64,000 nucleotides of DNA from Octopus vulgaris (lineage: Eukaryota), in assembly GCA_951406725.2 (NCBI GenBank), contig OX597819.1:37758001-37822000 (forward strand). Reading direction: 5' to 3'. Below are positions 52,809 to 64,000 of the stretch, in pieces. Each line of letters begins with the position of its first letter. The stretch's first letter is position 1. The notes under the pieces were generated by a model. That model made no database searches and was not told where the DNA came from. It saw only the letters and a list, made by a program, of their open reading frames with translations. Both the position numbers and the translations under genes were made by a program.

Positions 52809-54795
52809 ATGACTAGTTTAAAAACCTCACTCTGTGTGGACTTTTAAGCTAGCTAATTGGGAAGGTTAATTGGGCCTGTGGCCCAAAACAAAAAAGAGCT
52901 AAAATAGCATGACTATAATATGTCTATTATGATTATATGCCCCAGTGGTGTTTGATCAGAGATGGGTGAGAATTAATTATGTAATGCAATCATTCTATTG
53001 CTCCAACCATTGGCCAATTTGTCCCAAAGTTCTTATTTCAATGTAAAATTAACAAAGTGTATGTCATTTATCTCCTCATTGATCTCTGACACCAGCTGAC
53101 AAACACCAACCAAGATGGCATAAATCAGCCAAGCTTTACCTGCTAGAAATAGCAATCCAAATGCTTTTAAATCAGATCCCAATGCTGGATGTTCAAGAAT
53201 CAAATGAAGGGCAGATTTTCAATCCCAAGATCATCCTGATTCCAAAGTCAGAACTAACATATCTAATATGGTGAATCAAGAATTTTTTATTAATTAGAAT
53301 TATACATGCTGTGAGGAGGAAGCATCATTAGCTTATTAATTAATTGCGGTCAAGATAGACTGTAGTCAGTGAGTTATAGTAATTATTAGAGTGTATAAAT
53401 GAAGTGCTAGCATGAATGTGTGTTATGAAGTTCATTGCATGACAAAGTGGTTTGGGATTTCATCATTATCTATGCTTCTCAGATTTTGGGACAGGGAGTT
53501 CGTGATAGAAGAAGATATGGAAAAGAATGGTAAGATCAGATGTCAACATGTTGCACCCTACATGTAAATGGAAACAGGAAGAGATGATAGGAAATCCACT
53601 ATACTACAAGAGCATCCATTTCATTCCAGAATAGAAGTGAATATGATATTTTCTTTCCGATTATGAAACAAGAGTCTTTTTTTTTTTTTAACTTTTTTCC
53701 TGTTGAAACACTCCAGCACTCCACTGATAATTGATCTGTTTATTTACAAGTGGTATCTGGTTTTGGCAGAGAGTCAGATGTAAAACAACTTGACTGTACT
53801 TTGGCTGAAAGTAGTGGCATGTCATATGATTTGCTGTCAGAGAGACTTTCATAATATGTGTTCAGTTAAAACCATGTGAGGCACGCTAAATTATCATTTA
53901 ATATGAGAGAAGAACCAGCATGACAGTTATTTATAAACATTGGTATGGCATAGCCAGTTGTTAAATGTGGCATATATCTTGTAGTGAAATGATGTTGTTA
54001 TTTTGGCAAGCAATCTTCAGGAAATTTTACATAATGTTACCTCAAGATCTTTTGAATTTTATCAAAAGAAAATCAAAACTGGTTTCACTACAGTGATAGT
54101 ACCTCAGTTTCTCAAATGGTAGGAAACAATATTTTACTAAGGTGAAATTTCTCAAGTCTGTCTATAGCATATAAACTTCACTTCAAACAGAATGAATACA
54201 GGCACCACATTCATTAAAGGTACATAGAATTTCCAAAGATTTTGCCATAATGTGGAGTTCCATATGATACCTATTTCTTCCATTGACTTTTTTGTTACAA
54301 CAATATTGTCAGGAACACAGTTCTCTTGTAACATGAGAGATGTCTATATGAGAAAAGATGTGTTTAAGGGAGGCAAAAGACAGCATAAATACAGATAGCT
54401 GCCAATAGAAGAAACCTTGGGGCTTATTAATAATGCTTATTTGTAAGTGGCTGTGTGGTAAGAGGTTTGCCTCCCAACCACATGGTTTGGGATTCAGTCC
54501 TACTTCATGACACCTTGGCCAAGTGTCTTCTACTGTCATCCCAAGCTGACCAAGACATTGTGAGTGGATTTGGAAAATGGGAGCTGAAAAAAAGCCTGTC
54601 ATATGTGTACATATCATCATCATCATTACGTAATCCTTTATTGTCCATTTTCCATGCTGGCATGGGTTAGGCAGTTTGACCAGAGCCGGGAAGGTGCCAG
54701 GTTCCAGTCTGATTTGGTTTGGATACCCTTCCTAATGCCAACTGTGTGTGTTTGTGTATTACTGTCTCTTTGCCTTGACATTGTGTGATAGTTGT

Positions 54796-55143
54796 TTGAT
54801 TGGGACCCCCCTCGGTCATGACTGACCGTGGGCTTGCACCTAGAAAGTTACCCTCCCAAGCACAAGTCTGGGCAAGATTGTTTATGGAAGACCAGCAGTC
54901 GCCCATGCATACCGGCCTCCCCTCTCCACGCCACCAGTGTTATCCAAGGGAAAGGCAAAGGGGCCGATACAGCTTGGCACCTGTGACATCGCAACTCATT
55001 TCTACAGCTGAGTGAACTGGAGCAACGTGAAATAAAGTGTCTTGCTCAAGAACACAACACGCAGCCTGGTCCGGGATTCAAACTCACAACCTCACGATCG
55101 TAAGCTCAACACTCTAACCACTGAGCCATGTGCCTTCACTAGT
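54796..55143 (-). mobile_element. tRNA-Arg-like CORE-type SINE (family D) with 12-bp TSD
   Basis: Minus strand tggctcagtgg...cttACGatc...gtttgaatccc and cttgagcaagacactt. TSD tgtgatagttgt at 54784-54795 and 55144-55155. Confidence 0.85.
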
Positions 55144-55947
55144 TGTGATAGTTGTAAACAAATGCTATCATCATTCAATCAATGTCATTCATTTCAAATC
55201 TGAGGAAACATGTCTTGTCATGGATCAACTACCTTTCTTGGAAACTGGTGAAGGTTAATGTCTTAACATAAAGCTTCACCAGTTTCCAAGAAAGGTAGTT
55301 TCTATGGCATCCTGCCATAGAAAAATCTTCCTAGGCTATTTCCACTTGATTCATGCAATCATGCAAAACTGGACACTAAAATGATGATGAAGATGGTGAT
55401 AAAGATCTAATCAAATTTGAGGTTGTGTTAATGTAATTAATGTACTGAATGTCAAATATTTAATTAGAAATATTAATGTGCTGTGGAAAAGACATTAGTT
55501 TGATATTATAAATATGCATATGGTGTCTTTGAACAAATAACATCTGGTATAAAATTTTAGAAATAAACTAAATTTTCACACCGACTCGTGTATGATATTG
55601 TGCATCAAAACAGTGATTCTCTCATCGCAGCCTCAGCAAATTAAGACAGGAAGCTGGCTGAATCTTGTCTGTATTTTTTATAACTCTATAAGATATAACA
55701 AATTCGATACGTATGTGCTACAAGTCTTCTCTGTCATACCATACCCCATTCAATTTGTCACTAAATGTGCAATATAGCCCTCAGCTAGATGGAAGCAAGA
55801 ACAAGAGATCTATTGGAGGCGCCTTGTCATTTGATTGAATCTAGGGCCTCCATCAGTCAAGGTTAGACCTGGACATGCTTTTTTTTTTGTAGATATGAGA
55901 AGGGAGATATGCATGCATAGACAGTTACCCATACTTGCAAATTTTCC

Positions 55948-56362
55948 GGATCTTTTTGGTTTGAACGGCAGTTTTTTCTAGCGGTGTCATATGAAATTGT
56001 CACCTATAATTATGACCCTAGTATCGATCTATTGCATTTCAATTTGTTTTACGGTTAGGGTTAGAGTTAGGGGTGGGGGGAAGGGTATCTTTTTTTTCTT
56101 CACAAATGTAAATAAACCCAATCTGTTTCTTAAACGAGGGACATATTCATACGGCACAGAATGTTATTTATCTCAATAGACATAATTGATTGGTTGAAAT
56201 TGAAGAAAAAAAACAACAAATATCTTACAAACTATAGAATTTTCTCAATAAAGCCAAGAGAAAAAGATGTTTTATAAACACATTCTACCAGAATACGAAG
56301 TTTAAAATTTTTTCGTTACCTAGAAATTATGTTAAAAACTGCTGTTCAAACCGAAAAGATCC
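55948..56362. mobile_element. GGATCTTTTCGG-TIR MITE
   Basis: 8-bp TSD aattttcc. Confidence 0.93.
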
Positions 56363-56907
56363 AATTTTCCTTCCCTACATCACCAGTTTTGTCTTGACCA
56401 AAGCTTTTTTTATAGGCTGATTTGTTGTTAATATGTAAGAGCTGGAACAGGTACTGCAAGGTACCTGATCCAACATTCTAACAGCTCTGCTAATCCACCA
56501 CCTGGATTGTTATCTTATGACCTGAAAAGGATGGAAGACAAAACTGACCTCTGTAGAATTTGAGCTCTGAGTGCAGAGGGCACAACAATCACCTGACATT
56601 CTATCCAACATTCTAATGCTTCTGCCAAATCACTGCCTTTGACTAAATGTCTGCAGGCTGTAGGTATGTTTGATTAGAGTTCTTTTGGATTTGTACACAA
56701 TACACCCAAATGTCCTTCCCACATTTGGTGGTAGTGGTGGTGGTGTGTGTATGTGGCGGGGGTGCTTACAGATACACTGATCTTTACTTTACTTTATTTT
56801 ATTTTTTTTTTTAAGTTTATTTTTATCTTGGAAAAATAATTTATCTTTCAGTGTTATCTATATCTTCTCACACTAGTAACCTAAATTTGATGATTCAGAA
56901 AATTACA

Positions 56908-56944
<37 letters not shown>

Positions 56945-57764
56945 GTGTGTCAGTTGCTTTTTCTAAACAACAGCAATATATATTTTGAGTGAGAAAACAT
57001 TTAAAGAAAAATTGGAAATAAAACATCATAAATATATATAGAAGTTAAAAATATCAAAGTAAAATGAAGTCCTATCAAATGCTTCAACACAAAGACAGAA
57101 CAGCTGCTGCTTTGAGAATTTAGGCCTATATTAACTACATTACTGTGAATATAGAATCCAAGATATATTATAATGAGCTGAAGATATAAATGGTAACTTA
57201 TAAATGGTAATTGAGAAGGTGTGTTTTACATTTAAGATGCAGCTGGTTTGGTTTGTAATTTAACATTTCAGCTTGTTTTTTCTAATGCTGTTCCTGTCAT
57301 GTCTTAATAAATGGATATATTTATAGATGAAATGAAGGTGAATATATCTAGGGGAAAAAAGCATTTGCATGTTTGGAAAACAAACAAACAAATCTGCAGC
57401 TGTAAAAGCTTGTCGGATGGTAATTATTGGATTAACAAAGAGAGCAGAAGACTAATATATTTTTTGGATTAACTAATTAACTAAGTTAAAAGGAGGAGAA
57501 AGCAACTAACATTGACAAGTTAGAGCAAAAAATAAACTGAGTAGCTTAAACAAATTCTAATATATAGTTAATTATAAGCATAAAAGTGTCTTTGATGAAT
57601 CCTTTTAAAAGCCATACTGAGAGCATGAATTCACAGTGTATCAGAAAACAAGCTGACATGTGGTAGATGATATTCTATCGCTGAAAACTTTGTTGTGTCT
57701 GTAACCAAAGCATTTAACTCTCAAATGGCTCAGACAACATATCGGTAAATAGGTATCACAAGTA

Positions 57765-58188
57765 GGATCTTTTCGGTTTGAACGGCAGTTTTTTCTAGCG
57801 GTGTCATATGAAATTGTCACCCATAATTATGACCCTAGTATCGATCTATTACATTTCAATCTGTTTTATGTTTAAGGTTAGAGTTAGGGGTGGGGGGAAG
57901 GGTATCTTTTTTTCTTTACAAATGTAAATAAACCCAATCTGTTTCTTAAACGAGGGACATATTCATACGGCACAGTATGTTATTTACCTCAATAGACGTC
58001 AGTGATTGGTTGAAATTGCAGAAATTGAAGAAAAAAAAACAACAAATATCTTACAAACTATAGAATTTTCTCAATAAAGCCAAGAGAAAAAGATGTTTTA
58101 TGAACACATTCTACCAGTATACAAAGTTTAAAATTTTTTCATTACCTAGAAATTATGTTAAAAACTGCCAATCAAACCGAAAAGATCC
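57765..58188. mobile_element. GGATCTTTTCGG-TIR MITE
   Basis: 8-bp TSD cacaagta. Confidence 0.93.
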
Positions 58189-58964
58189 CACAAGTATAAA
58201 TGTCTCAATTCAGCCAAAAGTGGCAGCACTGTAAAACTGACAGCTGTTGCAATTAATTTACCTTTAGATCTGAAGAAGCCACTTATGTTCTCAGCAACAG
58301 ACTAAAGATTGTAATTGTCTTGACTCACAGTGCCACTGACCATAAATTCTGAATGTGACTGTGATTTTTGTTGTTACTGTTAGACCATGCTGTCCTTCAC
58401 TTGAGAAGTCATATCTAGAACATTATTCAGTGTTCCTCCCTCATCAAGATAGTAGGGTGTACTTTGCTACCATTTCTAGCAGTTTGAACGATCCTATAGA
58501 GAGTATCTTGTTGTATGTGTTCACTTAAGGAAAACAACATACAAATATCTAGGCAAACTGTTGGTGTATATTCTCCTTCAAGATTAACTTGAGTAAGGCT
58601 GTGTGGTCAAGAAATTCATTTCTCAATTAAATTGCTTTCAGGTCAATTCCACAGCACGGCACTTTGAACAAACAGACTTGGATCAGTCAAAATTTTCTGA
58701 GTGAAATTTGATTGATGGAAACTGTATGGAAGCCCATTGTAAAGACTTTTCCTGTTCCTGAACAGATGTTATTTGTCACCCAACATATGACTCTTGGGTG
58801 CTTTTTGTGGGTTTCACTCTTTTGGAAGCATACAAGTTAAGCTTCAAGTAAGAAGATAACATCCTCAGTTCCTCACATCAGTCTTGGAGGCCCCGGTAAT
58901 GGTTATGGAAACTGCTTTTCTTAGCATGACTAAGCTATTAATAATAAATTTTAAAAAAACAAAT

Positions 58965-59379
58965 TTAATCCTTTAATATTTAAACTGGTCATATCTGGCT
59001 CAAATATTCTACCTGTCTTGTGTTCAAAGTGATCAGATCCAGCTTCTCTCACCTATCCTACAATGTCATTCTAAAAATAAACAACCGTGGCACATAAAAT
59101 CACCCACTACACTCTCGGAGTGGTTGGCGTTAGGAAGGGCATCCAGCTGTAGAAACACTGCCAGATCTGACTGGCCTGGTGCAGCCTTCGGGCTTGCCAG
59201 ACCCCAGTTGAACCGTCCAACCCATGCTAGCATGGAAAGCGGACGTTAAACGATGATGATGATGATGATGATGACATCAACAAAATCTTGAAGCTATAAG
59301 ATAATGCATAGTTAGTTCAAAACAATGTGAATAAACAAGCATTACACTTGACGGAGTAATCTGAATGCTAGAGGGTTAA
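58965..59379. mobile_element. piggyBac-type MITE interrupted by an RTE tail (59086-59273)
   Basis: Both MITE halves match 11517-11745; the insert ends gttaaac(gat)n. Confidence 0.8.
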
Positions 59380-59536
59380 GCTAAAGCAGCATGAAAATTT
59401 TCCAAATTATTTATCAAGAGTTTTTGATGCAAATCTAATTCCATAACTTCATGAATTCTCTTACTTCAAAATTCTATTTTTTTTTAATCTCTTAGCTTAT
59501 CTTTTATCTTTTACTTGTTTCAATCATTGGACTGTG

Positions 59537-59585
<49 letters not shown>

Positions 59586-59767
59586 TACAAAATTAGAAAA
59601 TGGAGAAACATACTTAAATCAATAAAACATCAACTATCAGATGATACCCAATCAATACTTTATTACACCATTACATATCAGTAAAGGCATTATACAAAAT
59701 ATACACTAAAAGTAAATAGACAAAGAGATATAAGTATAAAATTTCAAATATAATATGTAATTAAATC

Positions 59768-59884
59768 AAATTTGACAGCTGTTTCGGCAGTGAGGGCAGT
59801 CATACCTCATTTAACCTATAAGCCATAAAGGCAGGTATAAATGAGGCATTAACAAGGATGCCCCACGGCCTCTTCAGAGAATTA
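59768..59884 (-). ncRNA. Minimal type I hammerhead ribozyme with intact core
   Basis: Minus strand aattct-CTGAAGA-ggc...gcc-GAAA-cagctg-TC-aaatt. Confidence 0.75.
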
Positions 59885-60041
59885 AATTTGTTATAATTGT
59901 GAAAAAGATTATTTAACCATATACATATAAATATAAAAATATAAAAATGTAAAATATAAAATATAAAAAATAATATATACATGCACATATATATATATGC
60001 ATATATATATATATATATACATGCACATATATATATGCATT

Positions 60042-60089
<48 letters not shown>

Positions 60090-60239
60090 GAATATATACT
60101 CCTGATATATATATACATATATATATATATCAGGGGTTACAAGGTGTGCACTGCACACCCATTGAAAATAGCAAATTCATTATAAATATTAACTTTACTC
60201 ATTGATTTAATCACAAATCTTAATGGAAAACCATTGTTA

Positions 60240-60965
60240 TACCCCTGCTTGAAATTTTGTGGGATCAGGTGTGGCAGCACACTCAATACAACAACCACCA
60301 TATGCTATTAATATGTATGTATGTATGTAAGTGTTATTCTCCTTGTCCTGTCTTTTACTGTTTTTTATTTGTATTGTTTTTATTGTCCTGTTTTTGTTAC
60401 CACTTTTATCCCTCTGCAAAAAATCCCAAATTTTATTTAATTTGCTTTGCGGGAAGGATTGTTTCAACAAAGTCGTGTCTCGCCTTTACCTTCGAAACAC
60501 AGAGTAGACGAAGCAGAGGCGGCTGAAGAAGGGGAATTTTCCTTGTGTTGTATGTCTTGTACTCCATTTTTTCGTTGTTTAAAAAAATGTCTATTTCCAT
60601 GGTTTTGTTTTTATGTTTTCGTTTCTCATTGTGTTCAACGTTTTTTGGTGTCCTGTACCCATATATGCATGTATATATACATATAGATGTAGGTACGTAC
60701 ATATATGTATGTATACATACATATAAGAGATAGGGTACGTACGCCGCTATAAATATATATATGTATAAAAATACAAACTGGGACAAGAACGCAAAACATT
60801 TAGGAGACGATACAAAAAACACGGACAGGACATTCGAAGCCTTCAATCTTCAGTCAAGAACCGGATCATCCTCGCAATTGCGGCTGATTAATTTTGATTG
60901 CTCCAATCTGGCAGGCCCCAAGGAAAAACTAAGCTACGAGCATTAGATTCCTTGGAAGAAAGGAG
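60240..60965. repeat. Probable Penelope-like terminal repeat fragments
   Basis: CpG-containing blocks with ctgaaga and cgaaac motifs and T-rich tails facing each other around a microsatellite. Confidence 0.35.
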
Positions 60966-61168
60966 TGTATATATGCATATGTTTTATTTATTATTTTGTT
61001 ATTATGTATGTATGTATGTATCTATGCATGCATGTATGTATGTATGTACACCCATGCCCACATGGAACACAGATGATGATGAAGAGGAGAATGATATATG
61101 GCAGGCTTTTACACAGTTTTCATCTATTAAATTCACTCACAGTAGAATGGTCAGCTTTGGGCTGACTT

Positions 61169-61587
61169 GGATCTTTTCGGTTTGAATGGCAGTTTTTGCT
61201 AGCAGTGTTATATGAAATTGTCACCCATAATTATGACCCTAGTATTGATCTATTGCATTTCAATCTGTTTTAGGGTTAGGGTTAGGGGTGGGGGGAAGGG
61301 TATCTTTTTTTTTCTTCACAAATGTAAATAAACCCAATCTGTTTCTTAAACAAGGGACATATTCATACGGCACAGAATGTTATTTATCTCAATAGACATA
61401 ATTGATTGGTTGAAATTGCAGAAATTGAAGAAAAAAAACAACAAATATCTTACAAGCTATAGAATTTTCTCAATAAAGCCAAGAGAAAAAGATGTTTTAT
61501 AAACACATTCTACCAGAATACGAAGTTTAAAATTTTTTCATTACCTAGAAATTTTGTTAAAAACTGCCGTTCAAACCGAAAAGATCC
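61169..61587. mobile_element. GGATCTTTTCGG-TIR MITE
   Basis: 8-bp TSD gctgactt/gatgactt. Confidence 0.92.
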
Positions 61588-62399
61588 GATGACTTTTGTT
61601 CAATTAGCTGTACTGAATCCAAAAACATAGTTTTGAAGCAAACTTCCTAACCACAGTCATGGATATATATATATATAAATTTTTTAGTTTCAGTGTTTAC
61701 TCTTTTGAATTCATAAGTATATAGCATACTTCATTGAGTATTCAACAAACTTTGGTTCACATTCTATAAAACAGCATTAAAACACCAGTTACCCATTAAT
61801 AAAAAGACTAACTTGTATATGAAGATGAAAATATAAAAAGAAATAGATTTTACTTACAAGCTGCGAGAAATCTTGTCCAAACTTACACAACTGCTGTACT
61901 GAATTTGCTGTCTGGACTATTTAGTCTCTAATTAAAATCTTATATATTGTATTAGCTCAATGCCTAGACACTGAGCAGCTTCTACATTTTGTTTCATTTC
62001 CTTGATACTTCCTATTTACACATGACTGGTTTATGGCATTGACCTTCCATATGCAAAGTATTTCCTTTCTTCTGCTCAAAGTCTGTGACTACTATTCTTT
62101 TGTATTTCTGATTAGTCAGATAGACAAACACTCCTTCAACAACAGCTGAATTTACACCAATTGAGTTGTGCCTGCTGACTTCAGGAACTATGCATTAACT
62201 TTATACTGGAGGGAACAAAATTAGAAATAGCACATAATAATCTCTATCATAGCATCTACTAATTAGCAATTATCATTTCCCAGTCTGAAAAAAGAGAATG
62301 AATGGACATCTCAGGTCAGTATTAGGGTATTCAGCACCCTGGGCTAGTCGTACAGAGTGCTCTCTAATTCTCTCTGAATACTGCCAAAAGCTTTGAGCA

Positions 62400-63305
62400 T
62401 TCAAGATTCATCCATTGGTGACTTTATGGATTTCTTCCTTCCTGAGCTACTGAACCTTTTGGGTGCAGATAAATGGAGATCTCTCCGTGGAGATGAATGC
62501 ATGCAGCGACATGCACCAGGAGTCGGTGCTGAGGCCAATACTTTTCCTTCCCTATATCAACGACCTGCCAGATTTTCTTGACAGAAGAGTTCTCCTATTT
62601 GCAGACGATGTCAAACTTGGCTCACCTAGGAATCGATACGACATACTCCAATCATCACTGAACCGAGCTTGAAATTGGGCAGAAGAATGGAATCTGAACT
62701 TGATCGCCTCAGAATGCAGCCATTTGCCAATAGGTTCACCTCCATACTCTCCCTTGACTATTGGCCACAAACATCAACATCTTAAGATGGTCACTGAAGA
62801 AAAGGATCTCAGCATAATGATCGATACTACTTTCAAACTACCACGGCAGGGTATCGAGGCGGCGAACAAAGCCAGAAGGAATCTTTTCCTCATCCACTGA
62901 TCCTTTGCTAACCTTTCAATGGACGTCTTTTGGCCTGTATATATCACTCTAGTTCGACCCATCCTCGAATATTGTATGCATACCTCAAACTCATATCTCC
63001 AGAAAGACATTCAGCACCTGGAGCGGGTTCAGCACTGGGCCACCCAAATGGGCACAGGCTTGTCTAAGCTTGCATAAGGGGAACATCTCCAATGGCTGGC
63101 ATTGCCTTCACTCAAACGACGGAGGATGCAGGGAGATCTCATCCAACTTTCAACATCTTCAACGGACATGTAAACCTATCATTTGCGGAGATTTTCACCC
63201 CTGCGCCTGATAGAAGTCTTCGTGGGCATGATCGCAAATTCTATCCTCAACACTTTCGTTTCAACAGGCGGAAGGCCGCATTCTCTGTCCGTATTACAGT
63301 CCCAT
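62400..63305 (+). mobile_element. Decayed CR1-clade LINE RT
   Basis: HQESVLRPILFLPYINDLP, LLFADDVKL, LVRPILEYC and RGHDRKF...AFSVR, with stops and frameshifts. Confidence 0.9.
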
Positions 63306-63468
63306 GCATAATCCAAGCGAATTCTTTGATCCCACAACTTAAGTGCAGAGACACAACTTAAAATTAATGTCATGGAAGTTGATATACTAGCGGCTATTAA
63401 TGATTTAGACCCAAACTCAGCATCTGTACCAAATAGTATTCCAGTTATATTGCTAAAAAACATGCCAG
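63306..63468 (+). mobile_element. LINE fragment (pre-RT domain 0)
   Basis: DILAAINDLDPNSASVPNSIPVILLK resembles the L.P.SA.GPD.IP..LLK motif. Confidence 0.6.
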
Positions 63469-64000
63469 AGGAGCTCCACCCTCCTGTCGTGAAGGGAAGA
63501 AAGAAAAACGGGTGTCCTGAAACCCCTTCAGTGGGATGTGTGCCACCAGAGGGGGTGAAAAATATGACCTCGCCGGTGGGATGTGTGCCACTGGGTGAGG
63601 GAGTTGAGGCCCCTCCCAGTGAAGGTAGGAAGAAATGTATGTTCTGCTATCTCAAGGGAAGGGCTATTGTCGGTTTTGTCGAAAATAAGATGGACAGTCA
63701 GATCCTAAGGGAACTGAATTGCATTGACAGCTCAGAGTGGCCTTTGCAGGTGGCTGCTCTGGTGCTGGAAAGAAAATAATGCAATATGATAATTGACTCG
63801 TGTGGAGGCGAGATTTTCAGAATGCTCCATTGGAACTCCTGATTTTGGTGGAAACAGTGCCTGCAAGTTGCCCGAGATTTGCTGGCGGAGGAAGTGTAGA
63901 GATTTATTGCCTCTAATTGGTGTATAAATTGTATTTTGATTGTATGGACTGTTGGTTCAAAGAAATTATATTTTTTGTAAGAGTCATTACTTCAGTTTAT

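Noticed and set aside
63372-63779. 135-aa ORF as a host gene
   Set aside because: A chimera of a LINE fragment and short internal repeats, with no recognisable domain.

Overview
AT-rich, microsatellite-dense eukaryotic DNA. The repeat families (tRNA-derived SINEs, an RTE LINE with a (GAT)n tail) resemble those of octopus, so a cephalopod origin is inferred, not proven. The only clear host protein-coding sequence is the terminal coding exon of a CSKMT/METTL12-like lysine methyltransferase (42023-42660, +); its upstream exon(s) were not found. The rest is mostly mobile DNA. Retroelements: a 5'-truncated RTE LINE with a PHD finger inside its RT, a decayed CRE-clade element, three stacked TAA-associated R4/Dong-type 3' ends, CR1-like fragments and at least five SINE types. 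DNA transposons: mariner and DD37D remnants plus several MITE families with readable target-site duplications (TSDs). The most notable hidden signal is a set of unrelated minimal type I hammerhead ribozyme motifs of the Penelope kind, one with a fully intact catalytic core (59768-59884, -). There is also a cluster of long foldbacks upstream of the CSKMT exon. Most ORFs in the track are microsatellite artefacts. All calls were made by eye, without database searches.
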